64,000 nucleotides of DNA, from positions 795,505 to 859,504 of the forward strand of contig JAHFKK010000001.1 in NCBI GenBank assembly GCA_023245335.1, in the 5' to 3' direction. This document shows, piece by piece, positions 19,514-29,994 of the stretch (positions within the stretch are counted from its first letter, which is position 1; each line of letters opens with the position of its first letter). Source of the stretch: Candidatus Gottesmanbacteria bacterium (lineage in GTDB: Bacteria; Patescibacteriota; Microgenomatia; UBA10105; UBA927). The notes under the pieces were generated by a model. That model made no database searches. It was not told the origin of the DNA and worked only from the letters and a program-made list of their open reading frames with translations. The position numbers and the translations under genes are program-made.

Positions 19514-21604
19514 TTAGGCTAGCTTCATGCGCACATCGACGACCTTGGCTCCTTTGCCTTTGGGGTAGAGGGTGAAAGGGTTGATGTCGATTTCAGAAAT
19601 TTCCGGGAAATCCTGCGCAAGTCGTCCCAGCCTCCCTAACCCATCAATAAGCGCGTCTACATCAAGAGCCGGCGTTCCTCTGTAGCCGTCAAAAAGTGCC
19701 CGTGCATGAAGTGATGCGATCATTTCCTTTGCATCGAATAGATCAATCGGTAAAACCCCAAAAGCAACGTCTTTGGTCACCTCGACGTAGGTTCCTCCCA
19801 TACCCACCATGACCATTGTGCCGAAATGAGGTTGTTTGACTATCCCAAGAATGCATTCAAGTCCCAAAGGTGCCATTTCTTTCACGATGACGCCGTCAAC
19901 TCGCGCTTCAGGTACGTGGGCCCGTACATTTTTCATGATTGTCTCGTACGCGTCGCTTGCAGTATTTGCTGTCACATTCAAGATGACTCCGCCGACATCG
20001 CGCTTATGGGATATTGCGGGAGAACTTATTTTGACTGCACAGGGAACACCAATCTTTTGGACGGCCGCTACCGTTTCTTCGGTGGAGGCCGCCTGTATAG
20101 TCGTAAGAATGGGAAATCCGTACGCGGACAGAATAAGCCCGGCCTCCCGTTCGGGAATGAAGCCTTCGGTATTCGGTAGGTGCCATAAGATACTGCGAAC
20201 GCGTTCTGCATCCATGTGACCGTAAGAAAAAGGAGATGGTATCGGGCAGCCACGCGCCGCGAATGCAGAAAATCTTCCCAAAGCCCGGGCGGCGTCCTCC
20301 GGATACTCGGTGACTGCTATACCCTTTCCCCGCAAGATGGTAATACCCTGCGTGACCGCGTCCTGCCCCATAAATGAGGCGATGACAGGTTTGTCCGTCG
20401 GAAGACCGGCAACCACTTCAGCGGTCTTGGTAATTTCGGTCCCGGATTGCGGCGTGAGAAGAACCAGTAAACTGTCGACTGCAGGATCCGCAAGAAGCGT
20501 GCGTGTGGCTGATTCATACCTCTCTGCCTTGGCGTCGCCGAGTATATCAACAGGATTATGAACGCGGGCGGTCTCTGGCAGCTGTGATTGTAATTTTTCT
20601 ATCGACGCCGCCGATAGTTCAGCCAAATGCAGACCAAAATCTATGGCCTCATCTGTTATGAGGACACCAGGACCGCCTGCGTTGGTGACGATAGCAACAT
20701 GAGAGCCCTTAGGTGCGACGTTCGATGAAGCGACCATGGCAGAGCTTAAAAATTCCGAAATTGTGGCAACTCGTATGCTTCCGCTTTGGCGGGCAAGCGC
20801 GCTATAGTACGCGTCGACACCACCGAGGGCTCCGGTATGAGAAGCGGATGCGTGCGAGCCTTCCTTTGTGCGTCCTGACTTCAAAAAAATGATGGGCTTG
20901 GGACTTGGTACGCAGGATACTTTTTTTGCGGCCGTGATAAACCGGGAAGCATCCGAAATGTCCTCAACATAAAGAAGGATCACTTTAGTTTTTTCGTCGG
21001 TAGCAAGGTACGAAAGAAGGTCCGTCTCATCAACGGTCGCTTTATTGCCTGTACTCACGCATTTGGAAAACCCAAGCCGCCACTTTTTGGCATAATCAAG
21101 TATGGCGGTCATCAAAGCACCGCTTTGCGAAACAAATGCGATCGATCCATCCATAGGCAAGTCACCTGCAAAAGACGTGTTGAGCCCAATTTCAGGATTC
21201 ATGATTCCGAGACAATTCGGGCCAACAAGGGTCACATCATACTTGAGAGAGAGATCCTTCGCCTCTTCCTCCAGCTTGGCGCCTTCCGGACCTGTTTCCC
21301 GGAATCCTGCAGAAATAACGACGAGATGCTTGATCCCAAACTTACCGGCTTCCTCCACGATAGAGGGTACGGAGGCGGCAGGGGTCGCGATAACAGCAAG
21401 ATCAACCGGCGCGGGAAGTTTGGATACGCTCGGATAACAGACAGTCCCATCAAGGTCGGTATGATTTGGATTCACATAGTATACCGCCCCTTTAAATGTG
21501 TTGAGGTTATGCCGAAGACTGTTGCCAACACTATCAGGCTTCACGGATGCGCCGACGATAGCGACAGAGGACGGGTAAAACAATTTCGCAAAATCACTGG
21601 CCAT
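19514..21604 (-). CDS. ADP-forming acetate--CoA ligase, fused alpha/beta
   Basis: CoA-binding domain, GPNCLG, SHTGAL, NPVD, C-terminal ATP-grasp (HKRDVGGV, EIDINP). Confidence 0.92.
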   Translation of the reverse strand: MASDFAKLFYPSSVAIVGASVKPDSVGNSLRHNLNTFKGAVYYVNPNHTDLDGTVCYPSVSKLPAPVDLAVIATPAASVPSIVEEAGKFGIKHLVVISAGFRETGPEGAKLEEEAKDLSLKYDVTLVGPNCLGIMNPEIGLNTSFAGDLPMDGSIAFVSQSGALMTAILDYAKKWRLGFSKCVSTGNKATVDETDLLSYLATDEKTKVILLYVEDISDASRFITAAKKVSCVPSPKPIIFLKSGRTKEGSHASASHTGALGGVDAYYSALARQSGSIRVATISEFLSSAMVASSNVAPKGSHVAIVTNAGGPGVLITDEAIDFGLHLAELSAASIEKLQSQLPETARVHNPVDILGDAKAERYESATRTLLADPAVDSLLVLLTPQSGTEITKTAEVVAGLPTDKPVIASFMGQDAVTQGITILRGKGIAVTEYPEDAARALGRFSAFAARGCPIPSPFSYGHMDAERVRSILWHLPNTEGFIPEREAGLILSAYGFPILTTIQAASTEETVAAVQKIGVPCAVKISSPAISHKRDVGGVILNVTANTASDAYETIMKNVRAHVPEARVDGVIVKEMAPLGLECILGIVKQPHFGTMVMVGMGGTYVEVTKDVAFGVLPIDLFDAKEMIASLHARALFDGYRGTPALDVDALIDGLGRLGRLAQDFPEISEIDINPFTLYPKGKGAKVVDVRMKLA

Positions 21605-21689
21605 ATGTCTATCATACGGCACGCGCCTTTTGTTGGCTATTCGTCTTTTCCCGAGATACGGGAGGGTCGGAAAGAGGCTGCACGCCATC

Positions 21690-21989
21690 TTAAGGGCTAA
21701 ATACTATTAAGCGGGTTGATTCACCCGGTACCTCAGGTCTGAATGGCCCTTTGATAACGATCACGTTATGTTTGCGGCTGAATCGGAAATGATCTCCGGA
21801 ATTGGATTCGATCACGACGCGTCCATCCTCTTTCCGGTCAAACTGCCAACCGGCTTCTTTAAGCTGTCCCATGAGTTCCCTATGAGGGAGTCTCAATCTC
21901 AGAGAACGTGACCATGCGATTCCCAAGGATGTCACACTTTCGTAGAGTCGAATTTCAGCGCCCTGTATTACCTCTGTGTCCTGCGGCAT
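21690..21989 (-). CDS. hypothetical protein
   Basis: 99-aa ORF with TACAAT 6 nt before ATG. Confidence 0.55.
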   Translation of the reverse strand: MPQDTEVIQGAEIRLYESVTSLGIAWSRSLRLRLPHRELMGQLKEAGWQFDRKEDGRVVIESNSGDHFRFSRKHNVIVIKGPFRPEVPGESTRLIVFSP

Positions 21990-22701
21990 GCGGGGATTGT
22001 ATACCAAATACGAGTACAATTTCACCTTTTGGGTCTTTGAAATGGGCTAAAGCATCCGCAATAGGTCCCCGCCAGTGCTCCTCGTGGACTTTGGTGAGCT
22101 CACGACAAATCACGATATCTATGTTTCCCATGACTTCCTGCATATCCTTGAGAAGCGAATCGAGTTTGTGTGGCGCGCTATACATAATATATGTACTATG
22201 TACGAATTGGTTCATCGATACGATGTTACGTAAAAGCGCTTGTCGGTGACCCTCTTTTTCCGGAGGGTATCCCAAAAAAGTAAACGTATCGGCAGGGAAG
22301 CCGGAACTCGTGAGGGCAGTAAGGACGGCAGAAGCGCCGGGTATGCTTACGACAGTAATATTCCGCTTTCTCGCTTCCGAAACCAGCACATAGCCGGGAT
22401 CCGAAATAAGAGGAGTACCGGCATCACTCACCAGCGTCATATTTTCTCCGTTTATAAGCCGCTCGATAAGCTCCGGCATGAGCGTGCGTTCGACAGTGTT
22501 GTCGTAGCGCAATAATTTCGGATGTTTTGCGCCCGGGGGAATGAGAAACGGAAAACGCTTCTCCAACAAATCTATAAGCATGCCGGTTTGCCGCGTGTCC
22601 TCGCACAGAAGCACGTGTGCCGTGTACAGGATGCGCGCTGCGCGGATCGTTATGTCTTCAAGATTTCCGATAGGTGTCGCGACGATATAGAGCGTTCCCA
22701 T
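21955..22701 (-). CDS. rsmI: 16S rRNA C1402 2'-O-methyltransferase
   Basis: LYIVATPIGNLEDIT, EDTR, SDAGTPLISDPG, RELTKVHEE. Confidence 0.95.
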   Translation of the reverse strand: MGTLYIVATPIGNLEDITIRAARILYTAHVLLCEDTRQTGMLIDLLEKRFPFLIPPGAKHPKLLRYDNTVERTLMPELIERLINGENMTLVSDAGTPLISDPGYVLVSEARKRNITVVSIPGASAVLTALTSSGFPADTFTFLGYPPEKEGHRQALLRNIVSMNQFVHSTYIMYSAPHKLDSLLKDMQEVMGNIDIVICRELTKVHEEHWRGPIADALAHFKDPKGEIVLVFGIQSPHAAGHRGNTGR

Positions 22702-22799
22702 AGCGGCATTATACCAAAAATTCATGAGGCACCCGGTTGGCCTACTTTTTGTGAGATGCAATACTTGAGACTTAGCCCAAACTCCCGTAGAATAATCAA

Positions 22800-23429
22800 A
22801 TGGTTGAATTATTCGGCAGTTGGATTATTCATTTCATCTCGACATTGGGCTACGCAGGCATTTTTGTGTTGATGACCCTGGAATCGGCGCTTATCCCAAT
22901 ACCATCCGAGATCACGATGCCGTTTTCGGGTTCCCTGGTCGCGCTGGGACAGTTTAATTTCTGGCTTGTGGTCCTAACAGGCACGCTCGGGAATTTAGTC
23001 GGGTCACTCCTTGCGTATTGGCTTGGTTGGTGGGGTGAAGAGGCGGTTGTCCGACACGTCATCGTCAAATACGGAAAGTACGTCCTCATCTCCGAACATG
23101 AATATGACCATTCGGAACGTTGGTTTCGAAATCACGGAGAACTCGTCGTATTTTTAAGCCGCGTGTTGCCGGTCCTGAGGACATTCATCTCGCTTCCTGC
23201 GGGGGTAGCGAAAATGAAACTCCCTAAATTTATAGCGTACACTGTCGTCGGCTGTTTCATTTGGTCAATCGTCCTCACGCAAATTGGCGTAGTTCTGGGC
23301 AATAACTGGAAATCGCTTCAGGTATACTTCCATAAATTTGACATCGTTATCGTCATCGCAGGAGTTCTGGTGGTCGGATGGTACGTGTGGAGGAAGCTGA
23401 AGCACTTCCGTAAGCCGAAAACGCTTTAA
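22800..23429 (+). CDS. DedA family membrane protein
   Basis: LESALIPIPSE, RVLPVLRTFISLPAG. Confidence 0.93.
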   Translation: MVELFGSWIIHFISTLGYAGIFVLMTLESALIPIPSEITMPFSGSLVALGQFNFWLVVLTGTLGNLVGSLLAYWLGWWGEEAVVRHVIVKYGKYVLISEHEYDHSERWFRNHGELVVFLSRVLPVLRTFISLPAGVAKMKLPKFIAYTVVGCFIWSIVLTQIGVVLGNNWKSLQVYFHKFDIVIVIAGVLVVGWYVWRKLKHFRKPKTL

Positions 23430-24049
23430 ACGAGTTTTCGTATAAGCCCTACGCATTTCCCCTGAATTTTGACATGGGTCGTGAATATCGGGGACATGGC
23501 TGCATTTGCCGGCATTAGCTTGATGCGATCTTTCTCAAAATATATCCTTTTCAGCGTCGCGAGGCCGTTAGGCAAAAGCGCTACGACGATATCGCCGTTT
23601 TTCGCATCCTGCTGGTGCTGGATAACCACATAATCGCCATCCAATATCCCATCTTCAATCATGGACTGGCCTTTGACCTGCAATACATAGTGCGGCTGAC
23701 TCGATGCGATCATGGAGGGAGCGACCGAAATATAGAAGTTGGGGTCGGTATACGGCTCGAGCGGTGAACCGGCCGCGATAAATCCTAAAACAGGCAGGTC
23801 CATGGTCGCGGCGTTCCCCGCAGGTCGATAATTCTCGGAGACAATCTCGATGCCCCGTGCGGTTCCGTCCAGTTTACGGATGAATCCTTTTTGACGAAGC
23901 CTATCTACGTGCTCGTGGATGGTCGCCGGAGAATGGATATTCATCGCCTCTCCGATTTCCTTCAGGGTCGGTGCGTACCCATAGCGCGTTATGAATTGCG
24001 TGATAAAATCAAGGAGTTGGCGTTCTCTTGGATAAAGTATTGCTGGCAT
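23426..24049 (-). CDS. lexA: SOS repressor LexA
   Basis: wHTH (PTLKEIG), Ala-Gly cleavage site IAAG, GQSM catalytic Ser, ATLK. Confidence 0.96.
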   Translation of the reverse strand: MPAILYPRERQLLDFITQFITRYGYAPTLKEIGEAMNIHSPATIHEHVDRLRQKGFIRKLDGTARGIEIVSENYRPAGNAATMDLPVLGFIAAGSPLEPYTDPNFYISVAPSMIASSQPHYVLQVKGQSMIEDGILDGDYVVIQHQQDAKNGDIVVALLPNGLATLKRIYFEKDRIKLMPANAAMSPIFTTHVKIQGKCVGLIRKLV

Positions 24050-24093
24050 ACTATACAACAAACCGAAACTGTATTAGACTTTAATGCAGTATT

Positions 24094-24162
24094 CCAAAAA
24101 TATACCGAACTGTCAAGAGAACAAAGTGGATATTTCTCTATCAAAACCGAAAGAAAACCGAA
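24094..24162. promoter_or_regulatory. putative LexA operators in the divergent lexA/uvrB promoter
   Basis: CCGAA-N6-CCGAA at 24147-24162 and CCAAA-N6-CCGAA at 24094-24109; extra CCGAA at 24063. Confidence 0.65.
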
Positions 24163-24200
24163 TGAAAAAAATATAATACGAAAATGGTACGTATGGATCT

Positions 24201-26204
24201 ATGAATCAATTTAAGCTTGTTTCCGACTTCAAACCGACCGGGGATCAGCCCGAAGCAATAGACAAACTGACAAACGGACTCGCAAAGAAGCGTCCGGACC
24301 AGGTGTTGGTCGGTGTAACAGGGAGCGGCAAGACATTTACCATGGCCAACGTGATTGAGAGGGTACAGCGGCCAACGCTCATTATTTCTCATAACAAGAC
24401 ATTGGCCGCGCAACTCTATCAGGAATTCCGTGATTTTTTCCCGGAAAGTGCCGTCAGCTATTTCGTTTCGTATTATGACTACTATCAACCCGAGGCCTAT
24501 ATACCTCAAACGGACACGTATATCGAAAAGGAGACGGAAATAAATGACGAGATAGATAAATTGCGCTTAGCCGCGACAACCAATCTTTTGACGCGTCATG
24601 ACACGATCATCATCGCCTCCGTTTCGTGCATTTATAACATCGGTTCTCCGAAGGAATACGGACATTTCGTATTGGAACTCAAACCGGGCATCAAGATCTC
24701 ACGCCAAAGCATTTTTGAGAGGCTCGTGCAGCTGCAGTATGAGCGGAGCGACTATGGATTCCACCGCGGAACGTTCCGCGTCAGAGGACCGAACATCGAC
24801 ATATTCCCTGCGTATGAAAGTGAAAGCATCCGCATCACCCTGACGGAAAAAGGTATAGGTACCATTACCCGGCATGATCCGCTTACCGGTAAAACACTGG
24901 AAAATCTCCTGGGAACCGTCATATATCCCGCCAAACACTACATGACTGATCCGAGAAACTATAAAGAAGTGTTTGCCGTCATAGAGAAGGATCGTGACGA
25001 ACGCGTCGCGGAATTTAAGAAACATGAGAAATTTATAGAAGCTCAACGCATACAGGAACGAGTCACCTATGACCTTGAAATGATTCAGGAGGTGGGGTAT
25101 GTCAACGGCATAGAGAACTACAGCCGTTATTTTGACGGCCGGAAGCCGGGAGAACCGCCGTATTCACTTCTGGATTACTTTGAGGAGGCGGTAAAAAGAG
25201 ACTGGCTGCTATTTATAGATGAGTCGCACATGACCATTCCTCAAATACGCGGCATGTATCAGGGTGACCGCTCACGGAAACAGACGCTTATTGATTATGG
25301 CTTCCGTCTGCCGGCGGCCATAGATAACCGGCCGCTTCGGTTTGAAGAATTCCTGCGGCGCATACCGCAAACGATCTATGTTTCAGCGACTCCCGATGAA
25401 TGGGAAGTCTCACGGGCCATGCAATCAGGCAGCGAGGCTATCTCGGAGCAGCTCATACGACCAACCGGTCTCACGGATCCCGAAATCTCCGTACGCCCAA
25501 GCAGAGGCCAAATAGAGGATCTCAGGCACGAAATTGAAGACCGCGTCACCCGTCACGAACGCGTCCTTGTGACGACTCTTACCAAGCGGACAGCCGAAGA
25601 TTTGGCGAAGTTTTTGTCGGATCACGGGCTCAAGGTACATTATCTTCACTCGGATGTAGAAACGCTCGAGCGAAGTGATATCCTCGCGGATTTGCGGGGA
25701 GGCACATACGACGTCGTGGTCGGTATTAATCTGTTGCGGGAAGGGCTGGATTTGCCGGAAGTTTCTCTCGTCGCGATCCTCGACGCCGACAAGGAGGGCT
25801 TCCTCCGGAGCCGCACCAGTCTCATCCAGACTATGGGAAGGGCATCGCGCCACTTACACGGGAGGGTCATTCTCTACGCTGATACGATGACCAAATCCAT
25901 GACGGCCGCTATCTCCGAAGTGGAACGTCGCCGCGAAATCCAATTGTCTTACAACCGAAAGAACAATATTACGCCTCTTTCTATCGTCAAACCGATCCGT
26001 TCGCGGCTGGTCGAAAAGGAAAAGGAGATCGTAGATGACCTGGAGGCATCGCTCAAACCGGAAGCCCTCGAAGCGATGACGCCTATGGACAAAAAGAAAA
26101 AACTCGTACAATTAAATCAACTCATGCGCCAGGCTAGTAAGGACTTGGATTTTGAAACAGCAGCCAAATACAGAGACATGATTAGCGGACTCGAGAAGTC
26201 CTAA
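24201..26204 (+). CDS. uvrB: excinuclease ABC subunit B
   Basis: GVTGSGKT, YYDYYQPEAY, DESH, LLREGLDLPEV. Confidence 0.98.
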   Translation: MNQFKLVSDFKPTGDQPEAIDKLTNGLAKKRPDQVLVGVTGSGKTFTMANVIERVQRPTLIISHNKTLAAQLYQEFRDFFPESAVSYFVSYYDYYQPEAYIPQTDTYIEKETEINDEIDKLRLAATTNLLTRHDTIIIASVSCIYNIGSPKEYGHFVLELKPGIKISRQSIFERLVQLQYERSDYGFHRGTFRVRGPNIDIFPAYESESIRITLTEKGIGTITRHDPLTGKTLENLLGTVIYPAKHYMTDPRNYKEVFAVIEKDRDERVAEFKKHEKFIEAQRIQERVTYDLEMIQEVGYVNGIENYSRYFDGRKPGEPPYSLLDYFEEAVKRDWLLFIDESHMTIPQIRGMYQGDRSRKQTLIDYGFRLPAAIDNRPLRFEEFLRRIPQTIYVSATPDEWEVSRAMQSGSEAISEQLIRPTGLTDPEISVRPSRGQIEDLRHEIEDRVTRHERVLVTTLTKRTAEDLAKFLSDHGLKVHYLHSDVETLERSDILADLRGGTYDVVVGINLLREGLDLPEVSLVAILDADKEGFLRSRTSLIQTMGRASRHLHGRVILYADTMTKSMTAAISEVERRREIQLSYNRKNNITPLSIVKPIRSRLVEKEKEIVDDLEASLKPEALEAMTPMDKKKKLVQLNQLMRQASKDLDFETAAKYRDMISGLEKS

Positions 26205-26916
26205 GCCGCCTCCCCAAATGGTGGACAAACACACGCGCGACATACCATGAATCCTTGAGTATTTTATAATGGCTCGCACGGTTCTTGTTGAGATAAATCG
26301 TTTCAATAGGGAATTCTACGATGGGTATCCCGGCGTTTATTGCCTGGACGATCATGTCGAGTTCAAAATCGTATTTATCAAATACACTCCCGACGCATTG
26401 CTCCATAAGTCCGGCCGGTATATAGCGCAATCCCGACTGCGTATCTCCCACATGGGTTCCGTGTAAAAGACGCAAAAATCCGCGTGTCAGTGCGTTGCCG
26501 GTACGGCTTTTGAGCGGCATGTTTGACCGGGTCACCCTCGTCCCGATAAGGAAGGCTGTTGCGCTCTTACGTGCGAGCGCATCGCAAATGAGTATGTCGT
26601 GAGCGACATGCTGCCCGTCAGCGTCGGCGGTTATGATGCCGCCTGCTTCCGGCATAGTGCGGAGTATATGCTGCATAGCAGTCTTCAAAGCCGCGCCCTT
26701 TCCTTTATTCTTCGTGTGTACGAGAAGTGATGCTTCATACGAGCGGACTAAACGCCGAAATAGAGGGTTAAAGGAAGGATGGCTGCCGTCGTTGACGATC
26801 ACAATCGGAGCCGTGTGATTTTTCCTAAGCGAGTCCACAAAGGGCTCAAATTCACCCGGAGGATTATATACGGGTATGACGACCGGTATAACGCTCGGCT
26901 TTTTCATCGTTTCCAT
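26182..26916 (-). CDS. glycosyltransferase family 2 (Dol-P-Man synthase-like)
   Basis: VIPVYNP, VNDGS, NKGKGAAL, DADGQH, DTQSGLR. Confidence 0.9.
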   Translation of the reverse strand: METMKKPSVIPVVIPVYNPPGEFEPFVDSLRKNHTAPIVIVNDGSHPSFNPLFRRLVRSYEASLLVHTKNKGKGAALKTAMQHILRTMPEAGGIITADADGQHVAHDILICDALARKSATAFLIGTRVTRSNMPLKSRTGNALTRGFLRLLHGTHVGDTQSGLRYIPAGLMEQCVGSVFDKYDFELDMIVQAINAGIPIVEFPIETIYLNKNRASHYKILKDSWYVARVFVHHLGRRLRTSRVR

Positions 26917-27041
26917 ACTATATCAGGTGCCCTCTTATAAACAAAGCTGGATGGTGAGTTGGCCTCGAGAATCTGTATGCAGGAATACAAATAATTAGTG
27001 TATAATGCATAAGCCACGGTGCATCGGTGGTCATTTTGCTT

Positions 27042-29972
27042 ATGGAAAATATAGTAATTAAAGGCGCCAGACAGCATAATCTCAAGGATATCTCGCTTAC
27101 CATACCCAAAAACAAACTCGTGGTATTTAGCGGGCTGTCCGGGTCCGGCAAGTCATCGCTTGCCTTTGACACCATTTATGCCGAAGGCCAAAGGCGCTAT
27201 GTCGAATCCCTCTCCTCGTATGCGCGGCAATTTTTGGGCGTCATGGACAAACCGGACGTAGATACGATAGAGGGCCTGTCACCATCTATTTCCATAGATC
27301 AGAAGTCCGCTTCTCATAATCCCAGGTCTACGGTAGGTACGGTCACCGAAATATATGACTACCTGCGGTTACTATTCGCGAGGGCCGGCCATCCTCATTG
27401 TCCGAACTGCGGCAGAGAAATTTCACGGATGTCCTCGGACCAGATTGTGAACGCGATCCTTGCCATGGGCGCCGAACGGCTTACTGACAGACGCGCCAAA
27501 CAATTCCGTATGGCCGTTCTTTCCCCGGTTGTACGCGACCATAAAGGCGAATTCACCAGTCTATTTGATAATCTCAAAGCCAAGGGCTACCGCCAGATCC
27601 GCGTAGATGGAGTATTTATGGATCTCGATGAGGATCGGACACTCATAAAGACCAACAAACACACGATCGACGTCATCATAGACCGCATCAGCATGGATAA
27701 ACCAAGCCTCAAGCCGGAATTTGTCGGCAGCATACGGTCGAGATTATCCGACGCGGTCAGTCAGTCACTCGCGCTATCCGACGGACTTGTTGTCGTAGGC
27801 GAGATTACCGATCGGGGCTTTGACCTACCGGACAAGCCCAAAAGCATGAATGACCATATATTTTCAGAAAAATTCAGTTGTCCCGTATGCAACATCGCCT
27901 TACCGGAAATCGAACCAAGATCATTTTCCTTCAATTCACCGCACGGAGCTTGCCCGGCGTGTCTCGGGTTAGGTACCATCCTGACCGTAGACCCTGATCT
28001 GGTGTTGAGTCCCGAACTTTCCGTATCCGAAGGCGGCGTATTGCCGTTTGCCAAGACGTTTTTGCATGATACCTGGTATGCACGCGTCGTGTCGACCGTT
28101 GCTGCCAAACATGGGATTAACTTGCGCGCGCCGCTTAAGAATCTCACATCCAAGCAACGCCAGATTCTCCTCTATGGCACAGGGGACGACATCCATCATG
28201 TCAAGGGAACCAACCGTTTCGGTGAAATGACCGCTATAGAAGAAACATTTCGGGGATTCGTACCGGAACTTATGAAGCGTCATGCCGAAACCGATTCGGA
28301 TTTTCTGCGTCTTGAGATCGAAAAGTATATGCGTCAGGAGGTATGCAAGTCCTGTAACGGACGCCGCCTCAAAAACGAAAGTTTACAGATTACGATCGAT
28401 AAATTTTCGATCGCAGACGTTACGGATCTCAGCATAACCGACTCCCTCGCGTGGGTAAAAACTCTCGTCAAACGCGAGGAGCCTGTTTTGACCGAAACCG
28501 AACGCCAAATAGCGACTCCTATCGTGAAAGAAGTCATGGCTCGTCTCGGATTTTTGGTAAGTGTGGGACTCGAGTACCTGACACTCTCTCGAAGTGCGAC
28601 CACGCTTGCGGGAGGGGAGGCCCAGCGCATACGCCTCGCGTCGCAAATTGGATCAGGGCTCACGGGGGTGCTCTATGTTCTGGATGAGCCATCCATCGGA
28701 CTGCATCCGCGAGACAACCACCGTCTCATCGCGACGCTCAAGGCGCTTCGTGATTTGGGTAATTCTGTCATTGTCGTCGAGCACGACCGGGAAATGATTG
28801 AATCAGCGGATTGGATCGTCGATTTCGGCCCGGGAGCCGGCAAATACGGGGGCACGGTTATTTCCGAGGGGACCGTTGCACATGTACGTAATGACCCAAA
28901 GTCCGTTACCGGCCAGTATTTATCCGATAAGAAACGAATTAAGATAACCAAATCGCCGCTTTTGGATTTGACACCCCGCTCAATTACCATAACGGACGTC
29001 ACCCATAATAACCTCAAGGGCATCACCGTTTCTGTCCCGGTAGGGAAATTTGTTTGTTTTACGGGAGTGTCCGGCAGCGGCAAATCGTCACTCATCGTCG
29101 AAACGCTTTTCCCGGCGCTGCAACGGCAATTCAATCCTTTTATGAAAGAACGGCCCGGAGCGTTTACGGGGCTTAAAGGCACAGAAGCGATAGACAAAGT
29201 CATTCTCATTGACCAGTCGCCCATAGGCCGTACGCCCAGAAGTAATCCCGCGACCTATACGGGACTGTTTTCGTACATCCGCGAAATATATGCAGCCCTT
29301 TCGGAATCCAAAATCCGCGGATACAAAAGCGGAAGATTTTCTTTTAACGTTAAGGGCGGCAGATGTGAGGCATGTGAGGGCGAAGGACAGCGCAAAATAG
29401 AGATGCAGTTTCTTGCGGACGTCTATGTCACCTGTGAAGTCTGCGGCGGCAAGCGTTATAACGCCGATACGCTTGAAGTGACATATCGCGGCAAATCCAT
29501 AGCAGAGGTCTTGAATATGAGCATCGATGAAAGCCTGGACTTCTTCCATGCGCACCCGCACGTACTTCTAAAATTGCAGACACTCTTTGACGTAGGTTTA
29601 GGATATATGCAGCTTGGACAGGCGGCGACAACCTTATCAGGCGGCGAAGCGCAGAGGGTCAAGCTAGCGACAGAACTATCCCGCAGATCAACGGGAAAAA
29701 CCGTCTATATACTCGATGAACCGACGACCGGTCTCCACTTTGCCGATTTAGAAAAGTTGCTTGCCGTCCTCCATCGGTTGGTCGGAAGCGGCAACACGGT
29801 TATCGTCATAGAGCACAATCTGGATGTCATACGATCTGCTGATTGGGTCGTTGATCTCGGGCCCGAGGGGGGAGATAATGGCGGACGCATTGTCTGCGCG
29901 GGTACGCCTCACGACGTCATGAAAGAGAAACATTCTTATACCGGACAGTTTTTGAAAAAAGCGCTAGAATAA
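27042..29972 (+). CDS. uvrA: excinuclease ABC subunit A
   Basis: Two ABC ATPase domains (GLSGSGKSS, GVSGSGKSS), zinc fingers. Confidence 0.98.
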   Translation: MENIVIKGARQHNLKDISLTIPKNKLVVFSGLSGSGKSSLAFDTIYAEGQRRYVESLSSYARQFLGVMDKPDVDTIEGLSPSISIDQKSASHNPRSTVGTVTEIYDYLRLLFARAGHPHCPNCGREISRMSSDQIVNAILAMGAERLTDRRAKQFRMAVLSPVVRDHKGEFTSLFDNLKAKGYRQIRVDGVFMDLDEDRTLIKTNKHTIDVIIDRISMDKPSLKPEFVGSIRSRLSDAVSQSLALSDGLVVVGEITDRGFDLPDKPKSMNDHIFSEKFSCPVCNIALPEIEPRSFSFNSPHGACPACLGLGTILTVDPDLVLSPELSVSEGGVLPFAKTFLHDTWYARVVSTVAAKHGINLRAPLKNLTSKQRQILLYGTGDDIHHVKGTNRFGEMTAIEETFRGFVPELMKRHAETDSDFLRLEIEKYMRQEVCKSCNGRRLKNESLQITIDKFSIADVTDLSITDSLAWVKTLVKREEPVLTETERQIATPIVKEVMARLGFLVSVGLEYLTLSRSATTLAGGEAQRIRLASQIGSGLTGVLYVLDEPSIGLHPRDNHRLIATLKALRDLGNSVIVVEHDREMIESADWIVDFGPGAGKYGGTVISEGTVAHVRNDPKSVTGQYLSDKKRIKITKSPLLDLTPRSITITDVTHNNLKGITVSVPVGKFVCFTGVSGSGKSSLIVETLFPALQRQFNPFMKERPGAFTGLKGTEAIDKVILIDQSPIGRTPRSNPATYTGLFSYIREIYAALSESKIRGYKSGRFSFNVKGGRCEACEGEGQRKIEMQFLADVYVTCEVCGGKRYNADTLEVTYRGKSIAEVLNMSIDESLDFFHAHPHVLLKLQTLFDVGLGYMQLGQAATTLSGGEAQRVKLATELSRRSTGKTVYILDEPTTGLHFADLEKLLAVLHRLVGSGNTVIVIEHNLDVIRSADWVVDLGPEGGDNGGRIVCAGTPHDVMKEKHSYTGQFLKKALE

Positions 29973-29994
29973 GAGAATCAATACGCAAAACCCC

